Shown here: one piece after another, positions 13,231 to 26,425 of the stretch | How positions within the stretch are numbered: the stretch's first letter is position 1 | Layout: each line of letters begins with the position of its first letter | Origin: Octopus sinensis | Lineage: Eukaryota | DNA: 64,000 bases | Reading direction: 5' to 3' | Assembly: GCF_006345805.1 (NCBI RefSeq) | Contig: NC_043001.1 | Coordinates: 81,096,001-81,160,000 of the forward strand | Notes under the pieces: model-generated | What the model saw: the letters and a program-made list of their open reading frames with translations, nothing else | Database searches by the model: none | What the model was told of the DNA's origin: nothing | Made by a program: the position numbers and the translations under genes

Positions 13231-14148
13231 CTAAATAATGACAACAATAATATTAACATTAATAATACATAAAGTAAACATCTTTAACAAAACACTTCTT
13301 GCTTCAATTCAGTACATAACCAGCCAACCACCTTTCTAACCAACCAAACCACTTCTTCTCAGCTTCTCTCAACCTCAAAGACTCATTCAAAGCCTATCAT
13401 GTATTGTTTTGTTTTGTTCCTATAATTCTGTGTTTATCATCTCATTACCTGTGAATAGCAATCTAATTAGATAACATTGCATGTCCTTTCCCTTCCTTCT
13501 CTTCCTCCTCCTTTCTTTCTTTCTTCTTCTAATAGGGATTTACTTAGAAGCCAATTATTAAAGTTGCCTTCTCTTTCTCTCCTCCTCTCCTCTTCCCCTT
13601 TCCTCCCCTCTCCCTCCTCTCTTTTTGTCTCTCTCCCTCACTCCCCTCTCCCCTTCTCCATCTTTCTCCTTCTTCCTCCCTCTCCATTTCTCTGTCTCTT
13701 TTTCTCGCCGCCTCTCTTCCCACTCTTTCTCCTTTCCCCCTCCACTGCTCTCTCCTTACTGCCCCTTACTCCCTCCACCCCTCTCTTCTATCCTCTCTCC
13801 CAATTCTCTGGAATTCTATTAATTCTATACATAATTCTAAATACAAGTCCTCCATGTGCTTTGATTTCATTCCTTATTCTTACTTTCTCATCCATTATAT
13901 TTTTTTTTATAATATTTTCTTAAATATTTCAATCCGTTTTATCTCTCCTTTTCTAACAACTTAGCTCACATCAACTGGTTTTTCTCATTTATTTTGTTTT
14001 ATGTTCCAAATGCTTTATCTGTTGTTATGACCTTCCTTACTCTCTTCCTTCCTTCCTTCAATCTGTCATTGCATTTATCTAACTTTCTTCTGTTTCCATC
14101 TGTTCGTGTGTACTGCTATCCATCTAACGTGTCCATCCACTTAGTTAT

Positions 14149-14335
14149 ATACCATATTTTAACATGTATAAGGAACCCTTTTTTGTTAAAAATTTGGTTA
14201 AAAAAAATATGGGAGTTTCTTAAACACAGATAGTTTTATAATCCCTTACAAAACCTTTTTTTCAAAATTTGAAGCCCCCAGAATTAGGGGGTTCCTTATA
14301 CAGGAGGGTTCATCCTACACATTAAAATACCATAC
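14149..14335. mobile_element. Probable Tc1/mariner-pogo-type MITE
   Basis: Imperfect terminal inverted repeats taccatattttaacatgtataaggaaccc and gggggttccttatacagga...tcctacacattaaaatac. Confidence 0.4.
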
Positions 14336-14916
14336 AACATAAATTCTTGATTTGTTTAAAATCATCTTCACCTCAAGATGATATATAAAAATTACTAAAT
14401 AACAATTAAGACCAGCTTAAGGTGTTGAACTGATAGAATCATTAGCACACCAACAAAATGCTTGGCAGTATTTCGTCCATCTTTACATTTTCAGTTCAAA
14501 TTTCAATGAGGTTGACTTTCCCTTTTATCTTTTTGGTGTCAATAAAATAAGTACTTGTTGAGCACAGGGGTCTAAGTAATCAACTTACCCCCTTCCCTTG
14601 AATTGCTGGCCTTGTGACATACCATTAAACAAAAGAACAAAACAGATGTATTGTCTGAAGATAAGATGATAGTGTTGACATGTTTCTGCCATAATAGCTG
14701 TCATCAGCACAACAATTCCTAACCTTATCTCAAGTAGGCTTTAATTTAGATATTAAAAAAAAGGAGTAGAAAACATTTATAGTTCATCTCATTTTTGTTT
14801 GAATGTTTGTATGCAAATTACCTGAGAGATATAATTCAGAAGCCAGTGGCATGTCTTTAAAAAATGTGGACATATACATGTATGTTAAATACCATACAAC
14901 ATTAATTCTTGACTTT

Positions 14917-15195
14917 TAGGCATGGCTATGTGGTAAGAAGCTTCTCATTCACAAGGTTCTGGTTCAGTCCCATTATGTGGCACCTTGGGCAAGTGTCTTC
15001 TAACAAAGTCTTGTAAATAGATTTGATAGGCAGAAACTAATAAAGTCATTATATGTGTGTGTTTGTTCCCTGCCACTGCTTGACAACCAGTGTTCCAGGC
15101 TTAAAAAATGTACTGGGGTGAATTCATTTGACTAAATACGCATAGAGGCAGTGCCCCAGCATGGCCATTGTTTAATGACTGAAATAAAGTAAAAG
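14917..15195 (+). mobile_element. SINE family A, decayed
   Basis: ggcatggctatgtggtaagaagc...ccagcatggcc...atgactgaaataaag. Confidence 0.7.
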
Positions 15196-15299
15196 TAATT
15201 CTGCTGCCAGCTCACTGCCTTATTGCTAATACAGGTGAAAAAACAGTTTCTCACATCCTTTTGTTCTAACTCTCTTCCAGATTACTGATTTATTTTTTT

Positions 15300-15620
15300 T
15301 CCAAACCAGAGGTGGTCATCTTTAAATTAAACAAATATTAAATTTGCTTTAATAATTAAATGAAAAACAGGCACATGTACTTTAATATAAATGATTCAAG
15401 TTTATTACTATTGCAGTGTGAAACATGGGTGTCCAGTAAACTAGTCATGTTGGCAGCAGGAATTTAAAATTCCTGCTTGTAAATTAGTGCAGATTATAAG
15501 AGGTTGCAGACAATAAATGTCTGGAAAAATGGTGTTTTACCTGTATTAGAAAATCAATATTTTAGACAGGTGCACTCTAGTCAAAGAAATAACCTTTAAC
15601 GCTTGTTTTATATATAGTAA
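15300..15620 (+). repeat. Old interspersed repeat, second copy at ~63760-64000
   Basis: Shared ttactgattt..aaaccag(a/g)ggtg, tataaatgat(t/a)caagttt and ggaatttaaa(a/g)ttcctgct..aattagtg...attataagaggtt. Confidence 0.55.
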
Positions 15621-16304
15621 GTTGAGACAGCTGGTTGACACCCAGCTTGCACTTCCTCATGTTATGGCACTGGAAAAGAAAATGAGGAAGAAAAAATACA
15701 GCAATAGAAAAACAAAGACACAAAAACGAACATATGTTATTGCTAGGAATCTAGTTCAAGCAAGAAAATCTCAGGAGCCAGTCTTTAATCTAAAAATACC
15801 ACCACCATCACTGCTGCCACCACTACCACCTCCTCCACCACCATCACCACCACCACCACCAATAATAATAATAATAATAATAATAATGATGATGATGATG
15901 ATGATAAAATACTTGTTATTTTTAAGAGGTAGTTTGTTTCTGCTTCAAACTGAAGCATGTGATTAGTTTATTGTTAGTCTATAATACAAAGTTTTACAGT
16001 AATTTTTATATTGTTGAAAGGGGTATTTGAGTAGATGAGAGAAATCAGTGGGTTTGTTAGGTGGGTGGTTGGGTGTGCAAGTGAAGAGCTACAGTAATAG
16101 TAGTTTTTCTCCTAATTTTATCACAAGGTTTACAGATCTATCATAAGAAGGTGTGGGCAGGCAACTTTGAGTGTGTTAGCAGTTAAGTAAAGCAAATTGA
16201 CTTAAATTGGGAAATCAAGTCCAGATTGCGCATTTTGTATCACTGGAAGTTTTCAATTCTGATGCTTGCTACAAACAAGGTTATTATTAGAAACCACTTT
16301 TAGA

Positions 16305-16515
16305 GTAGCGAGCTGACAGACTTGTTAGAGCATTGAGGAGAAATGCCATGCTGTATTCATTCTTACTCTGAGTTCAAATCCTGCCAAAGTCAATTTTTGC
16401 CTCTTATTCTTTTGGAGTTGATAAAATAAAGTACTAGTCAAATACTGAGCAGATTGTATAAACTAAACTCCTCCCTCCAAAATCTTTGGCTGTGTACCTA
16501 AGTCACCAGCTATTG

Positions 16516-16570
<55 letters not shown>

Positions 16571-16985
16571 CATTATTATTATTATTATTAAGGTGGCAAG
16601 CTGACAAATTCGTTAGCATGCTGGCTGAAATGCATTGCGGTATTTCACACATCACTATATTCTGAGTTCAAATTCTGCCGGACTCGACTTTGCTATTCAT
16701 CCTTTCAGGGTCGATAAAATAAGTACCAGTTGAACACTGGGGTCAATGTAATTGGCTCATCCCCACCACCCACAAGCTGCCCTTGTGGCAAAAATTTCAA
16801 ATTATTATTATTATTGCTATTATGAAGGTGGCTAGCTGACATTCTGGGTTCAAATTCCACTGAGGTCAACTTTGCCTTTAACCCCTTGGGGGTTAATAAA
16901 TTAAGTACCAGTGGAACACTGGGGTCAATGTAATTAACTAGTCCCCTCCCTCAAAATTTCAGGCCTTGTGCTTTTAGTAGAATGG

Positions 16986-16990
<5 letters not shown>
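16305..16990 (+). mobile_element. Chain of 3 SINE family B copies separated by (ATT)n
   Basis: Family consensus similarity. Confidence 0.75.
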
Positions 16991-17143
<153 letters not shown>

Positions 17144-17271
17144 CTCAAACATGCTGGTCTTATGTCCAAATTAGAAAGAATTATTGTTTCTAAAGTGAAA
17201 AGTTGGCAGAATCATCCCCACATCCCCACATCTTGTTGCAAAAATTTGAAATAATTATCGTTATTATAATT

Positions 17272-18267
17272 GGGATTTTGGATGCATGGAAGGACTGTGT
17301 GGGGCTAGTACACAGAAGAACAGGATGCAAAAGCCTCGAAAGCCTACTCAGAGACTTCCAATTGTCTGACAGGTATTGACTAGATTTCCTTCATATGCCA
17401 GTATGGACATGGAGCAACCACAATGGGTCATACAGATTATATCTAGATAGAGTATTTGTTAGGTCTGAGAATAGGGATAGTGTAGGTTGTCCACAATTTA
17501 AATTGGTTGGCTGCACAGACTACAAGTTTATGATCTGTACAGTTGAGTTAGATAGGACCTGTAGACAGAGACCCGGTTACTGTAAGTTAAATGCATCCTT
17601 TCCAGCTCACAAGGACTACAGGGACTGGATTATTGAACTAGTTAAGCGGCAGTTGATGTGGGTAATCATCAACAGCTGGTGGTGGGCTTCCCTGAAGAGC
17701 AATTAGAGCAGAATAGATAGCATTTAGCAAAGAGTTAGCAATAGAAAGGAATAGATTAGAGGGTGAACTAGTTAGCAAATTAGAAGAGGTGATTAATAAG
17801 GGCATTGCAACTGATGGGTTAGCGGCATGATGACCCTTGACCATTTCTTCAAAGCAAAACATGAAGGTTGCATTATTAGAGCTAAGGCCCATGCACTCAA
17901 ATAGGAGGGAACTAAACCTGTCCAATGGATCCAAACAGTGAAGATACGATGTGGAAACAAAACCACTGTCAGATCTTTGACAGACTGGGATGGGCATGTG
18001 CTACGTGACTCAGAGCAGGGAAATCTTGGACAGTGGGGTTCCTCAATTATCCCTAGAGGCCTTCCTCTATCAGGAGGGTCACATCACTACCATCCTCCCC
18101 ACCATTTTTTTTTTACCTTTGTATACTATGCATATATCCCTCCTTTTTCAATGTTTACTGTGTATACTTACCTTTTTTATCACTTCATTATATGTAAACC
18201 CCCACATTTTATATCTGTTTCTGTATTGTCCCCTTATCCTTCACCCTTGTGGCAAATAAATAAAATC
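17272..18267 (+). pseudogene. Decayed L1/Tx1-clade LINE: APE endonuclease C-terminal half and linker joined to a putative 3' UTR
   Basis: One frame reads GILDAWKD...LLRDFQLSDRY*LDFLHMPVWTWSNHNGSYRLYLDRVFVR...TDYKFM...RPGYCKLNAS, matching the WTW..., LDR, SDH and GYWKLN motifs. Later KHEGCIIRAKA resembles the GAxIRSRA motif. It has several stops and ends in AATAAA (18255) plus (ATT)n. Confidence 0.75.
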
Positions 18268-18284
18268 ATTATTATTGTTATTAA

Positions 18285-19030
18285 GGCAGTGAGCTGGCAA
18301 AACTGTTAGTTGACTGGATAAAATGCTTAGTATTATCTATCTCTTCTGATTTTACATTCTGAGTTCACATTCATCTGAGGCCTTTTGTCTTTTGGGGTCA
18401 AAAAACTGAAGTACCAAATCCCTTCTCCCCAAATTTCAGGCCATGAACCTACAGTAGAAAAGATTATTATTATTATTATCATTATTATAAATATTATTAT
18501 TATTGGTGTTATTATTTGTAAAGATAGCCAGCTGGCAGAATTGTTACAGCACTGGAAAAAGATGCTTAATGGTATTTCTTCCAACTTTTCACTTAGAGTT
18601 CAAATTCCGCTGAGGTCAACTTTGCCTTTCATTCTTTCAGGGTCGATAAATTAATCAATTAATCTCCTCCTGCAAAATTTCAGGCCTTGTGCCTATAGTA
18701 GAAAGGATTATTATTATTATTATTATTTCTTAACATGGCAAGCTGGCATAATTGTTACAGCACTGGAAAAAAATGCTTAATGGTATTTCATCCTTGTTCA
18801 TGTTCTGAGTTCAAATTTCACCAAAGTTGACTTTGTCTTCCATCCTTTCGGGATTGATGAAATAAGTACTAGTTGAGCACACTGGGGGTCAGTGTAATTG
18901 ACTCACCCCTCCCCTAAACTTACTGGCCTTGTGTCAAACTTTGAAATCAATATTATTAAGTTAGCAAACCAGCAGAATTGTTTCAGCACCAAAAAAGTAC
19001 TTAGCAGTATTTCTTCTGACTTAAAAGTTC
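18285..19030 (+). mobile_element. Chain of 3-4 SINE family B copies
   Basis: Family consensus similarity. Confidence 0.75.
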
Positions 19031-20428
19031 TGAGTTTAAATTTTAGCACAAGGCTAGCAATTTCAGGGGAGGGTCTGAGTCCGTTAATATCTCTACAGAT
19101 ATTCTATAAATATTATCTGTAGAGGTAACCTTAACAAGTGATGTAAAGTCCACTGCTTACACCATAGAACATGGTATTGACTTATAAAAACATGTAAATG
19201 TACTTTATAGTTCATTATGGTTGCATAATGAAATACCACATGGCTATAAGTCATTAATAAGTCAATTAAATCAACCCCAGTGCTCAACTGGTACTTTGAG
19301 CTCAGAACATAATGCCGGATTAAATGCCACTTAGCATTTTGTCCGGCATGCTAACAATTCTGCCAGTTCACCCACCTTAATGATAATATTGGTATTGAGA
19401 TCATTTCATTGATCTGCTTCATCTTTCCAATAGGTGTGGCCCTGTGCTTATGTTGAAAAATAATCATTATTATGTAGTTGTTAAACGATGGTAATTGATT
19501 GTGTATAAGCAGTGATGGCAGAGTAGGGGGAGGGAGCAAGTATTGTGAATTTAATTACTTATTAGCTGTGCTATCACCAATGTCCTAATAACAATAATTT
19601 ATGGCAATGAAACAAAGCAGATGTCAGGGAGGTCGGCGAGAGAAAAGTCAATGAACAAACAGAGAAAGCAGAAGAAAATCTGGGCAAACTGCCTATGTAA
19701 ACAGAATTTACTCTTGAAGTTCTCCCTTCACACAAGGCACTATGTAATCCCAAGGTAATAGCCAGAGTTCTAGCGTAAGTTAATACGTTGTTACATACAG
19801 CTAACGAGCAATGCAACAACGACAACAGCTGCAGCAACAATAACAGCAACAACAATAACAACAACTGTGACCAATGTCAACATCAATTAGTCCAACTTGC
19901 TGAAAGATTTAAAGAATATAATAGTATAATAGTGCTTTAATAGGAAAAGACCACCCTTTCTTTGCATCCACAGACTAAAATTCTTTATTTATACACAGAC
20001 ATACACAAAAGGCTAGATTAAACAATAAATGGTGGTAATGTACGTGAAATCAACAGCTTATTCTCAAACGTTGTAGATCCTTGTTTTAGTTGGGTTTTTT
20101 TTTCTTCTTTTGGTTGGGGTGAAACAGGACATTTGTAATCTTTCAAACTTGTTAATCTTGTACTTTCGTGCTGAATGCACTAATTACTGTTATGTGGTTA
20201 TCATTGTGAGTACCACCTTCCCAGAGCCAGCCCCAATACAACCACCAACGTCACCACTATAACCACTGCCACCAGTACCACGACTATGACCATCACCAGC
20301 ACAACAGCCAACACCAGCCACAACCACCACTAACAAACTTCATCAAATTAGTCTTCTGGGTTAGTGGATCCTGTCAAGCCATACAATCCATGCCTGTATA
20401 GAAAAAGGGACTTTAAATGATGATGATG

Positions 20429-20633
20429 TGTATGTGACCGCGTGTGTACCGTTGGCGATTTTCATTCCTCTGTCTTCCCTTCTCTGGATCTTTCCTTCTC
20501 CTATGTTTCCGACGAAGAGCTCCGCTCGAAACGTTAAACCCTCCTTCTTTCCTGAGCGTCCAATAATACTATATTTGTTCCACATCCTCGTGTTGTTGTG
20601 TTTTTTTGTGCTTTCTTGTTTGGATTAACTTTT
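20429..20633 (+). mobile_element. Penelope-like terminal-repeat fragment carrying a minimal hammerhead
   Basis: CpG-rich ~200-bp segment ending at (TA)n and containing the motif at 20505-20539. Confidence 0.55.
20505..20539 (+). ncRNA. Minimal type I hammerhead, probably inactive (U4C)
   Basis: GUUU-CCGACGA-A-GAGC-UCC-GCUC-GAAAC-GUU^-AAAC. Stem I is GUUU/AAAC, stem II is GAGC/GCUC, and AACGUU is palindromic. The core reads CCGACGA instead of CUGANGA. Confidence 0.6.
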
Positions 20634-20852
20634 TATATATATATATATATAAACAATATACAAATATACGTATATTGATGTGTGTGTCTGTATGTGTGTA
20701 ATGTACTTGGGTGAGTGTGCAAATGGAAGAAAGAGAAACTCAACCATTTAGTAGGAGTTACATATAATATCATTTAAAACGGTTTGATTTGAGCCCCATA
20801 CAACTTAGTTTCAAAGGCTTTTTACAGAAACCTAGTTCATCGTACTCAGTTT

Positions 20853-20888
<36 letters not shown>

Positions 20889-21087
20889 GCATATATTTCT
20901 GAGTATATATACTTATCTTTTCATATTATGTATGCATGTGTGTATGTTTGTGAATCCTTTTTTTTTTGTGTGTGAATTTATAGATTTACTGCATGTATGC
21001 ATGTGTGTGTGTGTGTGATGTTCAATTGCATGTATTACAAACTCTCTCTTTTTCTCTCCCTGTATGTGTATGTGCATATATACACAC

Positions 21088-21123
<36 letters not shown>

Positions 21124-21584
21124 GTATGTACATACATGCATTTATATATATATATATATACACAAGTGTGCCTGTATGCATGTGTATATTGTTCATGTGG
21201 ATATGTATGTGTATGTCTGCATATGTATGCACCCTCAATGCCTCCCTCCCTCTCACCCATTTGTTCCCTTGCATATTATTGACTTTAATTACTCTCGCTC
21301 AGCCCCCACCCCGTCTCTGACACACATTTTAATGTTCATGTATATCTGTGTTCCTCACCCTGCTCCCTACATCTTCAAAACCAGCCCCCCTCCCCTCCTC
21401 TCATAATTTCTATCTGAACTCCTTCTACCCCCTACCCCTACCCTCGCTACTGTTTGTTGGTTTGTTTGTATCAGTTTCCTTCCCCTCTCTCTCCCCACCT
21501 ACATCCGCAAATTCTCTGCTACTCCCTTCTCCTCCCCCACTTCGCTGCTTTCGCAAACTTTGGTTCTCTATGATGTTTATGATG

Positions 21585-22700
21585 TTTAAACTATCATCAT
21601 CATCATCACCACCACTACAATCACCATTTCCATCATTACTACTGCTGCAACTACTCCAACAACAACAACAACTACTACTACTACAATAATCATAACCACC
21701 ACCACAACTATTATCGTCATCTACATCATCATCATCATCATCATCATCACTACCATCATTGTCACTATCTTCGTCACAACTGCCATCACCATAACCACTG
21801 CCATCATCACCATCACCACCAAGCACTGACATTATACCTGACTCCCTACCCCTGCCTTGCTCCACCTCACTGCACATGCAACAGTCTCCTCTTTCCCGCT
21901 CCCTTCCTTACATCCCCCCTCTCTCTCAAACAGCTTCTGTTAGTTCAGTCTTTCTACTCTCTACTCTTTCTTTATAAGGTGGTTGAGTAGTAGTAGCAGC
22001 AGCAGTAGTAGTTGTAGTAGTAGCAGCAGCAGCAGTAGTTGTAGTACTAGTAGTAGCAGCAGCAGTAGTTGTAGTACTAGTAGTAGTAGTAGTAGTAGCA
22101 GCAGTAGTAGTAGTAGTAGTAGTTGTGGTGGTGGTAGTAGTAATAGTAGTAGTAGTGGTGGTAATGATGGTGGTGGTAGCAGCAGCAGTGGTAGTAGTAG
22201 TAACTGGATGCACTGATGGTGTTGTTGTTACAGTTGAGGGTGGTAATGGTTGCTGTTTGTGTTGTAGTTGTACCTTGTAGTATTGCAGATGCTAGTGATG
22301 GTGACTGTTGTAGTAGTAGTAGTGGTGGTGGTGGTGGTGGTGTTAGTAGAAGCACAGTTTCTTATGATGTTGTTGTGGCGGCACTGTGGTGTGGTGTTGA
22401 AGTTCTTGTTGTAGTAGCTGCTACCACTCTACTGAGAGTGGCTGACGGTGGCATTGGTACTGTTGCCCATGAAAATAATGGTACTACTACTACTATTACT
22501 ACTACTGTGGCTTCTGTTGCTCTTGCTATTTCTACGGCTACAACTACTATTACAACTACTGCTACTACTACAGCTACTACTGCTGCTGCTGCTACTGCTT
22601 CTACTACTATTACTACGGCTTCTGCTACTACTACAGCTGTTACTACTACTATTACTACTACTAATGTAATGCTTTCTGCTGTTGCTACTATACTATATTT
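21585..22700. repeat. Degenerate trinucleotide low-complexity tracts (ATC/ACC, AGT/AGC/GGT, ACT/GCT)
   Basis: Direct reading. It explains the poly-Ser/Thr/Leu ORFs. Confidence 0.85.
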
Positions 22701-23299
22701 TGAAAGTAGGCATGTATGTGAGGGGGTGGGGTGGGGTGTAAATGGGTGGCTGTGGGGGGATGGGGGGTTGTAGTGCAGGCATCAGAGGAGGTTAGAGGAA
22801 GGTGTGGGTGGGGTGGGGGGGTGAGGAAAGGAGTGAGAATGAAAATATTGAAACTAAACAGATTAATAGATAAATGTCAGAAGAAACGAATAATAATGAT
22901 AATGATAATAATAATAACAATAATAATAATAATAATGCCGATGATAGCAGCAGCAGCAGCAACCACAACAACTTAAAAAGATGAAGATGAAACAGAAATA
23001 TGCACATCCTGCTACCAAACCCACCTCTCTCTCTCTCTCTCTTGCTTCTCTCTCTCTCTCTCTTTCTGACTGTCTGTCTCTCTCTTTCTTTCTGTCTGTC
23101 TCTCTCTCTCTTACTGTCTCTCTCTCTCTCTCCTTGTATATATTGTTTTTCTTCTTACTTTTTCTCCCTCTCTCTCTTTTTTCTCTTTCTATCTTTCTTT
23201 CCATTCACTGCAAACTCTGAGGCATATAAGTTGGCACATTTTGATTTTCAATTAAGATACATAGTTGAGGCATGCTTAAATATAATCGTCGCGAATGTA

Positions 23300-23518
23300 T
23301 TGGCACTTTTTGAAGACTATTCATCTATCTATATATCATGTATAAGTGTGTATGTGTGTATGTATAATAGAGAGACAGACAGACAGAGCACAAGTGTGTG
23401 CATGTATATATGTGCTCATGTTTGTGTGTCTATGTATGCATGTGTGTGTGTGTGTGTATATATATTATGTATATTATATACACACACACTCAAAAAACAC
23501 AGTATTCATAAATCACAC

Positions 23519-23556
<38 letters not shown>

Positions 23557-23653
23557 CACACACACATTCGTGTGTTTTTATGAGCTTATTGGTGGGTAGA
23601 GGTCCATATATGCAAATATATACTAAAAAATCTTTAAGAATATGTGTTTGCAT

Positions 23654-23692
<39 letters not shown>

Positions 23693-24193
23693 TGTGTGTG
23701 TGTTTATATGTATGCATGTTGTGGAGTGTGCTTGTACAACTGTTTGAAATTATACATGGATTTATATATATATATATATATATATATACTCACACAAACA
23801 TATATGTATTATATGCAAATATGTATACATACACACATGCATTTACAGAAACTGTGTATATGTGTAAGTATATATATATATATCTGGAGACATACACATG
23901 TACATATCTTTTACAGCTTAGTTTTGTGTGTGTGTGTATATATAAGTAAATGTGTGCATGTATATATGTGTGGGCCTGCAAAATTGTGTATAGTTATGAA
24001 GAATAATCAATAGAATCGGGTGTTGTAAAATGGATATTATATAGTATATATCTAACCTAGTGCATGCATATATGTGTATATATATATACACTTTAGTGTT
24101 GATATGTACACTTATATGCCAAAGAATGAAATATAGATTTATGTGTGTGTGTAGTTAACTAGATACATAGATAATTGTGTGTGTATGTGTATT

Positions 24194-24233
<40 letters not shown>

Positions 24234-24363
24234 TATTTATATATACACACATATATATATATATACACACACATACATACAAATGCACACAGATAATTAG
24301 GTATGCATAGGTGTGTGGAGTGTGTGTGTGTATGTATGTATGTGTGTGTGTGTATATATATTA

Positions 24364-24412
<49 letters not shown>

Positions 24413-24640
24413 TACACACACACATGCATACACAGCTAATCATGGGGTTGTGTGTGTGTATATAGATATATATTTTATAATGATATATAATTTTATCTAT
24501 ATTATATAATTGTATATAATTATATAGATATAGATGCATATAGATGATTGTGTGTTGTGACTATACATATTGATATACATACAGGCACATACACATAAAT
24601 ATACATATATATACCCCTAGCATACATACCTAGATATATA
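23300..24640. repeat. (TA)n/(TG)n/(CA)n mosaic
   Basis: Direct reading. Confidence 0.85.
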
Positions 24641-25247
24641 TAATTTTTTTTGACTTCACCTAATGATTGCTCCTGCATGTTGCCATTGAGCTTATACCTC
24701 CCACATGCTCACCCTTCACATGCTCTGTTATAATCAAAATGCTCACCACTACACCATTCATTTGCTTCCGCTAAGTCTGCACATGAGCTGAAGGCAGAGA
24801 CATGTGAAGTGGCAACGGTGGTGGAAGTGGTGCTATTGTAGGTGGTGGTAGTGGTGATGGTTGTGGTGATAACTGCTGGGTTTTGCGGTGTCTATGAGGC
24901 TGGGGCAAGCCAGAATCTGTACTTTAACACTCACAATTATTTTCATGTGTGTGATTTCTCATTTTCCTTTTATTTTTTTTTCTTCACGTTATCAACATTT
25001 GCTCCCACTTGTGAATGCCTACATGCATGTGTGTATGCATGTGTGTATGTATATATGTATGTATGTGTGTGTATGTATGCATATATATATATGTGTATGT
25101 CTGTGTGTGTGTATATGTATGTTTGTGTATATATATGTATATTTGTGTACATGGTATCATTCTATAGATATATGCAAGTTCATTTGTATATGAATATTCA
25201 TGTTTGTGTGTCGTGTGTGTGTATATATGTATATATATATATATATA

Positions 25248-25580
25248 CAGGCATGGCTGTGTAGTAAGAAGCTTGCTTCCCAACCACATGGTTCCAAGTG
25301 CAGTCCCACTGTCTTCTACTATAGCCTTGCACAAAAGAAGCCCATTGTATATATGTGTATATATATGAGTGTGTGTGTCTTTGTGTATTTGTTTGTCACC
25401 CACCACTGCTTGACAGCCGGTGTTGGTGTGTTTACCTCCCCATAACTTAGAGGTTCAGCAAAAGAGACTGATAGAATAAGTATCAGGCTTAACAAAACAA
25501 CAAAAGGAATGGAGTTGATTCATTCAACTAAAAAACATTGTTTAAGGCCGTGCTCCAGCTTGGCTATTGTCTAATCACTG
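25248..25580 (+). mobile_element. SINE family A
   Basis: Family consensus similarity. Confidence 0.7.
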
Positions 25581-25609
25581 GACCAAGTAAAAGATAAAAG
25601 ATATCTATC

Positions 25610-25645
<36 letters not shown>

Positions 25646-26004
25646 GTATTATATATATATATATATATGTGCACACACAAACACATTCCACCATGACTTT
25701 AAGACATCCTCTTCCCAATCACATGGTTTCAGATCCTGTCTAGCCCCTGATGAACCAAAGGCTTGCATTTGGACTTAGTAAATGGACACTGAAAAGAAGC
25801 CTTCATATTTATATAAGGCAGATTATCTACCTTTTTCTCTGCAACATTTATTTGCCCATAGCCAGACATGTTTTCACTGAAGATTGGAAATGTGTGAAAC
25901 TGGTTTTATGAGAAAGGCATTTATTTACAGCTGCCTGATCTCAAGGAAAGAGAATGCAGACAGATGCATAAATTAACATGCATATATATATGTATATATA
26001 TATG

Positions 26005-26045
<41 letters not shown>

Positions 26046-26089
26046 TAGATAAACTTAGATATGTTTCGACGAAAGATTGGTCCAGAGGT

Positions 26090-26425
26090 TTGGCTATGGG
26101 GTTAGAAGTTTGCTTCTCAACCACACCTATGTTGCACCTATGGCAAGTGTCTACTATAGCCTTGGGCCAACCAAAGCCTTGCAAGTGGATTTTGTAGACG
26201 GAAACTGAAAGAAGCCCATCATATATATGTGTGTGTGTGTGCGTGTTTCTATGTGTCTGTGTTTTCCCCCCATCATTGCTTGACATCCAGTGTTGGTATG
26301 TTTACATCCCTGTAACTCAGGCTTACAAAGAATAAGTTCTGGGGTCAATTTCTTCAGCTAAAAACCCTTTGAGGTGGTACTCCAGTGTGGCCACAGTCAA
26401 ATGCCTGAAACAAGTTAAAGAAAAG
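26090..26425 (+). mobile_element. SINE family A
   Basis: Family consensus similarity. Confidence 0.7.

Noticed and set aside
14808-14835. Minus-strand ctctcag|gtaatt possible ratchet point
   Set aside because: The pyrimidine tract is too short and the donor is weak.
19600-19800. Unique purine-rich stretch that might be an exon
   Set aside because: Stops appear or no family is recognisable in the frames checked, and there is no acceptor/donor pair.
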